NCBI GenBank assembly: GCA_023248855.1
Contig: JAHFDS010000004.1
Span: forward strand, 27,876 to 91,875
Direction: 5' to 3'
Source of the DNA: Myxococcales bacterium
GTDB taxonomy: Bacteria; Myxococcota_A; Polyangia; JAHFDS01
Length of the DNA stretch: 64,000 nucleotides
Made by a program: the position numbers and the translations under genes. Position 1 is the stretch's first letter; the number at the start of each line of letters is the position of its first letter. Below the pieces are notes generated by a model. The model worked only from the letters and a program-made list of their open reading frames with translations. It did not search any database and had not been told where the DNA came from. This document shows, in pieces, positions 34,301 through 42,625 of the stretch.

Positions 34301-37300
34301 TCGACGTAGCCCACCTCCGCCGGAGCGAGGCCAGCGTTCGCGAGGGCGCGGACGATCACGTCCTGTTGCGAGGGCCCGTTCGGCGCCGTGAAGCCGTTGC
34401 TGCGGCCGTCCTGGTTGACCGCCGAGCCGCGGATGACCGCGACGACCGGATCGCCGTCGCGGAGGGCGTCGGACAGGCGCTTTAGCACCAGCACGCCGCA
34501 GCCCTCCGCGCGCACGTAGCCATCGGCGCCAGCCGAGAAGCTACGGCAACGTCCGGTCGGCGACAGCGCCCGGAGCCTGCTGAAGTAGACCGTGCACTCG
34601 GGGGCGAGGGTGAGGTTGACGCCGCCGGAGAGCGCGAGGTCGCACTCCCTGAGGCGTAATCCCTGGCAGGCCAGGTGAATCGCCACGAGCGCCGACGAGC
34701 AGGCCGTATCGATCGGGAGGTTCGGCCCCTTGAGCCCGAGCCAGTAAGAGAGGCGCCCTACCGTGGCGCTGTGGGCCGTGCCGAGATACGAGTAGCCGTC
34801 GATGCGACCGGGATCGCCCATGGCCCAGTACTGGTAGTCGTTGGCACTGATGCCGACATAGACCCCCGTGTTGCTACCCATGAGCGACCCCGGGACGATC
34901 CCTGAGCGCTCGAGGGCCTCCCAGGTGCACTCGAGCAGCAATCGCTGCTGCGGGTCGATGGCGACCGCTTCGCGCGGAGCGATGCCGAAGAAAGCCGCGT
35001 CGAAGCGGTCGGGCAGCTCGACGAAGCCGCCCCAGCGGCTGCTCATCTTGCCGGCAGCACTCGGGTCGGGGTCGTACCAGTCGTCGATTGCCCAGCGATC
35101 GCTCGGCACCTCCGTGATCGCGTCCACGCCATCCTCGAGTAGCCGCCACAGCGCGTCCGGACCCTGGACGCCCCCCGGAAAACGGCAGCCGATGCCGACG
35201 ATGGCCACGGGCTCGTCCGTGGCAGCGCGCCGCGACCGCCCGGGTGCCGACACCGTCGAATCCTGACCCTCGACGCGTGTCAGCAGGTGATCGCAGAGCG
35301 CACCCAGGCTGGGGTAGTCGAAGGCGATCGTCGCCGGCAGTGAGGTGCCCAGGCGCTCGATGAGGGCGCTGCGCAGCTCGACCGCCATCAGGGAATCCAG
35401 GCCGAGCTCCTGGAACGGAGCCTCGAGCGGCACGTCGGCCGGCGATGGCAGCGCCAGGATCCGCGCCAGCTCCGTGCGCACGATCGCCTCGAGGTTGCCA
35501 GCCGTGGCCGGCGGCCTCCGGCCGAGCTGGGTGGAGGGATGGGCCGCACGGCCCTCGATCGTGGACCAGTCCACGGGCGCACCGGCGACGTGCAGCCGCG
35601 CCATCGCTTCGAGCGCGCTCGCATGCTCGTCGCGCCCCCGCGTGAGCGACGCCACCCGTACGACCGGCGCGTCCGGTCGCGCCAGGGCGTCCATGCCCAG
35701 CAGCACGGATTGGGGGCCGATCTCGACGCAGATCTCGGCGCCCACCTGATCGAGCGCGATGAGCCCCTCTGCGAAGCGAACCGAGGATCGGACCTGGCGG
35801 GCCCAGTAGGCTGGATCCATCATGAGCGCCGCGCCGGCGCGAGCGCCCGTGACGTTCGAGATGAGCGCGAGCCGCGGAGGTCGCAGCGCGAGCGTGGTGG
35901 CCAGCTCCGTCAGCCCCTCGAGCATCGGATCCACGAGCGGCGAGTGAGCGGCCAGGGAGATCGCGAGCCGCTTCGTGCGGACGCCGCGGGCCGCAAACCA
36001 GGCCGCGACGGCCCTCGCATCGGCCGCAGGGCCCGAGATCACGACCGCTTCGGGGCCGTTGACCGCCGCGACGGCGACCCGCTCTCGCAACGGGGCGAGG
36101 GCGTCCAAGACAACCGCCTCGGAGGCCGCGATCGCGATCATCTCGCCCCCCGGTGGCAAGGCCTCCATGGCGCGCGCCCGTGCAACCACGAGCCGGCAAC
36201 AGTCGGCCAGGCCGACGACGTCCGCCACGCAGGCGGCGACGAGCTCGCCGAGGCTGTGCCCGAGGACGACGTCGGGACAAATGCCGCGCGTACGCCACAG
36301 CGCGACCAGCGCCCATTCGAACGCGAAGAGCGCGGGCTGGGTCGTGCCCGTGCGATCGAGCAGGGCTGCGCGGGGTGTGCCTGCGGCAGCCCACATGATC
36401 TCGCGGAGCGGGTGCTCCAGATGGCGATCGAGCTCGGCGACTGCCTCGTCGAATGCGGCGCGGAACGCGGGCTCGGTCTCGTGGAGGCGGCGCCCCATGC
36501 CCGCGACCTGGGCGCCCTGGCCGGCAAAGAGAAACGCGACCCGGGGGTGGGTACGCGCCTCTCCGACGAAGACACCTTCGGCGAAGAGGCCCGCAGCATG
36601 AGCATCCAGGGAGCGAGCGGCGGCAGCGGCATCGGCCGTGATCACGCACAGGCGATGCGGCTCGTCCGGCGCGGAGGTGCTGCAGGAGGCGACCACGTCG
36701 CAGAGCCCATCCTGGGGACGGTCACGGAGCCGGGCGCCAAGGCGCGCCGCTGCCTCCTGCAAGGCCTCGGTGCTGGGACCCGAGATACGCAGCACGTGCA
36801 ATGGACGCGGGTCGTCGGCAGCGGCGACCGTGGTCGATGTTCGGGGGCGGGGTTCGATCCAGTACCGTTCGCGCTGCCAGGCGGTGGTGGGCAGCGCGAC
36901 CCGCCGGGCGCCAGGTGCCACGACGCCGCGCCAGTCGACCTGACCACCCATCGCGTACCAGCTTCCCAGCGCTTGCAGCAACGCCTCCGGCTCCGGGCGC
37001 CCGGTCCCGAGCGAGCCGAGCAGCACCCCCGGCGCCTGCAGGCCCGCGCGCACGAGCTCGAGCAGCGTCGGCCGAGGACCGATCTCGATGAACGTCTTTG
37101 CGCCGGCCGCTTGCAACGCGCGAGCACTCGCCGAGAACCGGACGTCGTCGCGCGCGAGGCGCATCCAGTAGGCTGGCGTGGCGATCTCGGTGCCGGCGAG
37201 GGCGCCGGTGAAGCTCGACACGATCCCGAGGGACGGGGCCTGATAGCGCACCGATGCGGCCACGCGCGCGAGGCTCTCCGTCGCGCAAGACAGCGTAGCC

Positions 37301-40300
37301 CCGCCTGCGGGCAGCGCCTCGGTCAGCCGGCTCCACGCGGTGACGAGTCGCGCCGCGTCCTCGAGTGGGAACACGCCTGCGACGCACGCTGCGGCGATCT
37401 CCCCGACCGACTGGCCGGCCACGAGATCCGGTGCCACGCCGAAGGAGCGCCACTGTGCGGCCAGCGCCCACTCGAGCGCGAACAGCGCCGGCTGTGACCA
37501 GCCCGGCTGATCCAGAAGCCCGGCGTCGGCAGGGCTCGGCCACATCACGTCGCGCAGTGGACGCTCGAGGTCGGGATCGAGAGCGGCAAGGGCGGCATCG
37601 AGCGCATCCCTGAAGACGGGCCACGCCGCGTGGAGCTGCCGTCCCATGTCAGCGGTGTGCGCGCCTTGCCCGGTGAACAGGAATGCCAGCTTGCCGCGCC
37701 GGCTCGCCGCGTGGGCTTCGCGGCAGGCGACCCCGACCGGGGTCTCACCGCGCGCGACGGAATGGAGCACCGATCGGAGCGCGATCCGAGACTCGACCGC
37801 CAGCGCGAGGCGGTGACCGAGGTGGGGCCGGAGCGCAGTGCTGGCGGCGAGATCCGCGAGGGTCATGTCCGGATGAGCGTCGAGGTGCTCCCGAAATCGA
37901 CCCACCGAGTCGAGGAGCGCCGCCCGCGACTTGGCCGACAGCACCACGAGCTCCGCTGGGCGGGCCGCGGGCACGGCTCGATCAGCGGCCGCAGCCCCCT
38001 CCTCCAGCACCACGTGCGCGTTCGTACCGCCAAAGCCGAACGCACTCACACCGGCGCGCCGCGGCGTTGCGCCTCGCGGCCATTCGATCGACTCGCTCGC
38101 CACGCGGATCGGAAGGGTCTCCCATCGGATGTGCGGGTTCGGCCTCGAGAGGTGCAGGTTCCGCGGAATTCGGCCCCGCCCGAGCGCCAGCACGGTCTTG
38201 ATGAGGCCGGCGATCCCCGCTGCGGACTCGGTATGCCCGATGTTCGTCTTCACCGAGCCGAGGACGAGAGGCCAGGCCGGATCGCGCCCTTCGCAGAGCA
38301 CCGCCGCCGCGGCCTGCACCTCGATCGGATCGCCGAGCGGCGTTCCCGCACCGTGGCATTCGAGGTAGCCGACGCTGTTCGGGGCCACGGCTGCGCGCCG
38401 CACGGCCTCCCGGATCACGGCCTCTTGAGCGGGCCGGCTCGGCGCGGCGAGCCCGTTGCTGCGGCCGTCCTGGTTCACCGCCGATCCCCTGACCAGCGCG
38501 AGCACGGTGTGCCCGAGACGCCGCGCGTCGGACAGCCGCTCGAGCACGATGATCCCGGCGCCCTCGGCGCGGACGTAGCCATCGGCGTCCGCAGAGAACG
38601 TCCGACAGCGACCCGTGGGAGACAGGGCCCGAAGCCGGCTGAAGTAGATCGAGGTCTCTGGCTCGAGCACGGTGTTGGCTCCACCAGCGATCGCGAGGTT
38701 GCAATCGCCGGAGCAGAGCGCCTGGCAGGCGAGATGGACCGCGACCAGCGAGGACGAGCACGCGGTGTCGATGGGGACGCTCGGCCCCTGCAGCCCGAGC
38801 CAGTACGACAGCCGTCCGGCCATGGTGCTGTGCATCGTCCCGAGCAGGGTGTAGGCGTCGATCGCGCCACCGAGCGCGCGCGCCTGGTACTCGGTCTGGC
38901 TCAGTCCCAGGTAGACGCCGGTCTTCGATCCCACGAGCGCCGCCGGATCGATGCCCGCTCGCTCGAATGCCTCCCAGGTGGTCTCGAGCAGCAGGCGCGC
39001 CTGCGGGTCGATGCTCGGAGCCTCACGCGCGGAGATGCCGAAGAAGCCAGGCTCGAAGCGATCGAGGCCGGACAAGAAGCCGCCCCACCGAGACGTCATC
39101 TTGCCCAACGCCGACGGATCAGGATCGTGGTAGGCGTCCACGTCCCAGCGCTCGCACGGTACTTCGCTGATGGCGTCACGGCCCTCGTCGAGCAGCGTCC
39201 AGAACGCCTCCGGATCGCTCGCCCCGCCGGGGAAGCGACAGCCGATGCCGACGATGGCGATCGGTTCTTGGGCGGAACCGGAATCGACCGACTGGGCGCT
39301 GGGCGCCGGAGCGCCGGGGCCACTGCCCAGCGCCACGACGTGCGCGGCCAGCGACATCACCGTGGGGCAGCTCCAGACCGCGGTGGCGTCGATCCGATGG
39401 CCGGTCCAGGTCTCGATGGCGGCGGCCAGCTCGAGGGCGCGCAGGGAATCGACCCCGAGGTCGTGGAAGGCTGCATCATCGTCTGGTGCAGCGCCCCCCG
39501 TCGCCTCGTGTCCGCGCGAGACGAAGGCCCGGATGCGATCCGCCACCGCCGTCACCGTGACCGCGGCAAGGCCGGTCGGCGCCGGCGAAAGCTCGCCGTC
39601 GCGCTCGGCGTCCGCCGAGCGCCAGGTGTGCAGGAGCTCGAGCCGGCCTTCCCGCCTGGCCTGCCGGCACGCCAGTCGTTGGATCTTTCCACTGCTGGTC
39701 TTGGGGATCGTGCGGGGCTCGAGCAGCAGGAGCTCTTCGAGGCGCACTCCGCAGGTCTCCAGGACGGCACGCGCCGCCACCCGCGCGAGCTCGCCGAACC
39801 CCTGCTCCCCGGAATCATGGAGGCGGCCGGTCTCTACCTCGGCCGCCACGATCAGCTGCTCCTCGGTACCCGAGTCGACCGAGAAAGCCGCACAGCACCC
39901 CGCGCGCAGCGCCGGGTGACTCTCCTCGATGGCCCGCTCGACATCCTGCGGATAGAGGTTGCGCCCCCGGAGGATGAGGAGGTCCTTGCGCCGGCCGGTC
40001 AGGAACAGCTCGCCGTCGTGCAGAAAGCCCAGATCGCCCGTACGGAGGAACGGACCCTCGTCACTGGACAGCAGCCGGGCCGCAAACGTCTCCTGGCTCT
40101 GCTCAGGTCGACGAAAGTAGCCTTTGGCCACACTCGGCCCGCAGAGCCAGATCTCGCCGAGCTGCTGCTCCCCGAGCGCCTGGCACGCCTCCGGATCGAC
40201 GATGCGGAGATCCATGTCGTGCCAGGGGCAACCTTGCGACGCGAAGCGTTGCGTTCGCCCGGTGCCCGGCGCGGCGAGCACGACCTGCCCTCGCTCGAGC

Positions 40301-41370
40301 GCGTCAGCGCACAGGGTCAGCGTGCGTGGACCGCGACCGATCCCTCGGGTCGTGACGAGCACGGTGGCCTCCGCGAGACCCCAGGCGGGCTGCAGCGCCT
40401 CGGCCGAGAACCCGAGCGGCGCGAGCTTCTGCGCGAATCGCTCCATCGTGTCGGGGCGCGTGGGCTCGGCCGCGTTGACCGCGACCCGCCAGGAGGACAG
40501 GTCGAGTCCCGCCAGGGCGGCCAGCGGGACCCTCGCGACGGTGAGATCGTAGGCGAAGTTCGGCGCCATGCTCACGGTACCGCGGAAGCGCGAGATGGCG
40601 CGCAGCCACTCGGCTGGATTTCGGGCGAAGTCCGAGGGACGCATCAGCGTGCAGGTCGCGCCGAGCCAGGCCGTCGCCAGCAGGTTCATCACGAGCCCCA
40701 TGTCGTGAAACAGCGGCGCCCAGCACACGAAGGAGGTCTCGGCGCCGAGCCGCCAGGCCGCCTCCATCATGGTGAGGTTGTGTGTCAGGTTGGCGTGGGT
40801 GACGACGATGCCCTTCGGATCTCCGGTCGAGCCCGACGTGTACTGGAGAAACGCGGTGTCCTGCCGGTCCGACGGCTTCAGGTCGGCGAGCTCTTCGTCC
40901 GCGACCGCGTTCAGATCGAGCCAGGTTGCCCCGTCGAGCCGGGCAACGGGCTCGACGAGCGTGCGTACTTCTGCCGCGGCGAGGATGAATTGCGCCTGGG
41001 CGTCCCGAACGATGGCCGCCATGCGCGGCAATGAGCGAGCCAGTCGGCTCGGATCCGGCGGTGTAACCGGTACCGCGACCGCGCCGGCGTAGAGGCATCC
41101 GAAGAAGGCCGAAACGAAGTCGAGCCCGGTCTGAAACAGCAGGAGCACCCTCTGGCCAGCCGCACCGGATCGCACGAGCCGAGCGGCCACGGCACGCGCG
41201 GACCGGTCGAGCTCCTGCCAGGTCATCTCATCGACCTCCCCATGCGCCGTCCCGGATACGAGGAACCGAAACGCGAGGCGCGATCGCGCGCTGGAATCCC
41301 CGTAAGCGCGCACGCGCTCGAGGAGCGTGGCCCCGGCTGCTGCTTGCACGGTCGAAGAGATCTCGCTCAT
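31312..41370 (-). CDS. Type I modular polyketide synthase, 3352 aa: FAAL-ACP-KS-AT(dead)-AT-ACP-KS-AT(relic)-KR-ACP, no TE
   Basis: Continuous ORF with all the domain motifs listed in the sub-features. Every long ORF on the opposite strand (e.g. 37630..41034, 1134 aa) is Arg/Gly/Pro-rich noise. Confidence 0.95.
   Translation of the reverse strand: [3352 protein letters not shown]
31380..31590 (-). other. PKS domain: ACP3 (terminal; no TE follows)
   Basis: [16 protein letters not shown]. Ser codon at 31477-79. About 55 residues remain before the stop. Confidence 0.85.
31865..32983 (-). other. PKS domain: ketoreductase
   Basis: [55 protein letters not shown] (Ser/Tyr/Asn). Confidence 0.85.
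33055..33642 (-). other. PKS domain: AT relic (~195 aa; GGAGVGE replaces GHSxGE)
   Basis: [11 protein letters not shown] replaces FxGQGxQ. [14 protein letters not shown] (33391-33420) lacks both the His and the Ser. The rest of the fold is missing, but the post-AT linker YPWQRQRYW is kept. Confidence 0.7.
33950..35214 (-). other. PKS domain: KS2 (Cys-His-His intact)
   Basis: [27 protein letters not shown] (Cys codon 34699-701); [26 protein letters not shown]. Confidence 0.9.
35290..35500 (-). other. PKS domain: ACP2
   Basis: [16 protein letters not shown]. Ser codon at 35392-94. Confidence 0.85.
35551..36540 (-). other. PKS domain: AT2, the only intact acyltransferase
   Basis: [17 protein letters not shown] (Ser codon 36253-55) and the His block [11 protein letters not shown]. 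LAAH is neither the HAFH nor the YASH specificity motif. It is preceded by a second KS-AT-linker-like segment ([21 protein letters not shown]...). Confidence 0.85.
36856..37689 (-). other. PKS domain: AT1, predicted inactive (GQSVG plus ~65-75 aa internal deletion removing the catalytic His block)
   Basis: [11 protein letters not shown]...[12 protein letters not shown] (Ser codon 37408-10). Alignment with the neighbouring AT2 shows loss of the segment equivalent to [13 protein letters not shown]...[12 protein letters not shown]. The distance from FLF to VDW is ~253 aa, versus ~328 aa in AT2. Confidence 0.7.
38000..39267 (-). other. PKS domain: KS1 (Cys-His-His intact)
   Basis: [27 protein letters not shown] (Cys codon 38758-60, residue 871); [26 protein letters not shown]. 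Confidence 0.9.
39340..39560 (-). other. PKS domain: ACP1
   Basis: [14 protein letters not shown]. Ser codon at 39445-39447 (residue 642). Confidence 0.85.
39640..41370 (-). other. PKS domain: fatty acyl-AMP ligase (FAAL) loading domain
   Basis: [84 protein letters not shown]. Confidence 0.85.
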
Positions 41371-41550
41371 ATGGCCTCTCCCGTGCCCCGGAAACAGTGC
41401 AAGGGACGCGCCTCGGGTGCTCGATCTGTCGAGTCATGCGGCGGCGCATGGAAGGTGAGCCAAGGCGCAGGAGGGGCTGGCAGCGCGGGCGCCCAGAGCG
41501 GCGAGTCCTGCCGGAACAGGTAATCGATCCGGCGGACGGTCGCCGGTTGA

Positions 41551-41766
41551 TCAGGGGCCCTCCACCACCTGACCGTGTTGGTCCACGCACAACAGGTCCT
41601 CGGTGCGCATGCTCCCGAAGTAGACGCCGAGCGGGTTGACCCAGAACCGGTCCGAATGCTCCGGGTCGCGCACCGTGATGTGCCCGGCGAGGCCCTCGTC
41701 GAACCCGAAACGCGCGAACAGCCGGAAGGCCGCCGCCAGGTGCTGCTTACGCTGTCTGCGTTCCAC
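41551..41766 (-). pseudogene. N-terminal fragment of a class II aldolase / adducin-family gene
   Basis: HLAAAFRLFARFGFDEGLAGHITVRDPEHSDRFWVNPLGVYFGSMRTEDLLCVDQHGQVVEGP-stop. The frame ends after ~70 residues of a fold that normally runs ~220-250 aa. None of the three frames downstream continues the family pattern. Confidence 0.45.
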
Positions 41767-42529
41767 CGTGAGCCTTCTCCTCGAGCGCTGCCAGGCGGTC
41801 GCCCAGCTTCTCCGCGAGCAGGTACGCGTCGCCCGGCCAGCGTCCCGAGACGTACACGCCGTCCTCGACCACGAACGCCGCGCGGTGGTCGTCGCGCGTG
41901 CCACGGGCGAACAGCGCCCGCGGGCCGCGCTCGAAGTCCTCCGGGACCGCGAGCGCCGCCTTGACCTCGTCCTCGACGTAGGTGGGGTAGGTGCGGAAGT
42001 ACTGACCTCGACGCCAGACGGTCGCCAGCCAGGCCGACCGCTCCATGTACTTGGGCAGGCAGGTCGTACGTCGCCCGTGCAGGAGCGAGCGGCCGGTCGT
42101 GGGGTCGGCGGCGCGCGCCAGCACGAGGGCTCCGTGGCAGATGGCGGCGACCGGGGCCCCCCGCGCGAAGAAGGCGATCGCGAGTCGCGCCACGAGGTCG
42201 CTCTCGAGGTACGGCTTCATGCCCTGCGCGTGGCCGCCCGCCAGATACAGCGCGTGGTACGCGGCTGGGTCGGCGTCGGACCAGCGCAGCGGGCGCCGAA
42301 ACGCGGGGGCCTGTTCGAGCTCCCGGTAGAAGCGGATCGGCTCCGCCCGGGCACCGAGGGTGCCGAACACCACGCCGGTCAAGAGCAGCGGGTCGGCGGC
42401 CGGCGTGGTGCCGGTCTCGGTCGCGAAAACCACCCGATGGCCGGCCTCGGTGAGGAGCTTCCAGGGCACCGCCACCTCGGTGACGTCGAAGTCGCGGTCG
42501 GGCAGCGGAAACAGGATCGTGCGAGGCAT
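41747..42529 (-). CDS. DJ-1/PfpI (class I glutamine-amidotransferase-like) family protein
   Basis: LYLAGGHAQG and the nucleophile-elbow pattern PVAAICHGALVL. 260 aa. Confidence 0.8.
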   Translation of the reverse strand: MPRTILFPLPDRDFDVTEVAVPWKLLTEAGHRVVFATETGTTPAADPLLLTGVVFGTLGARAEPIRFYRELEQAPAFRRPLRWSDADPAAYHALYLAGGHAQGMKPYLESDLVARLAIAFFARGAPVAAICHGALVLARAADPTTGRSLLHGRRTTCLPKYMERSAWLATVWRRGQYFRTYPTYVEDEVKAALAVPEDFERGPRALFARGTRDDHRAAFVVEDGVYVSGRWPGDAYLLAEKLGDRLAALEEKAHGGTQTA

Positions 42530-42625
42530 GATCTACCAGTACCGTCAACCCGCCCATGACGCCATGACCGGGTGCGCCACCGTCGCTGACCGGACGCGCC
42601 AATGCGATCCGGTTCCGACGGATCT

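Noticed and set aside
37630-41034. 1134-aa plus-strand ORF, and similar long ORFs antisense to the PKS (31366..33249, 33286..34485, 35539..37497; also minus-strand off-frame ORFs 31454..33448, 34874..36649)
   Set aside because: Arg/Gly/Pro/His-rich and motif-free. They are completely covered by the 3352-aa frame that carries every canonical PKS motif.
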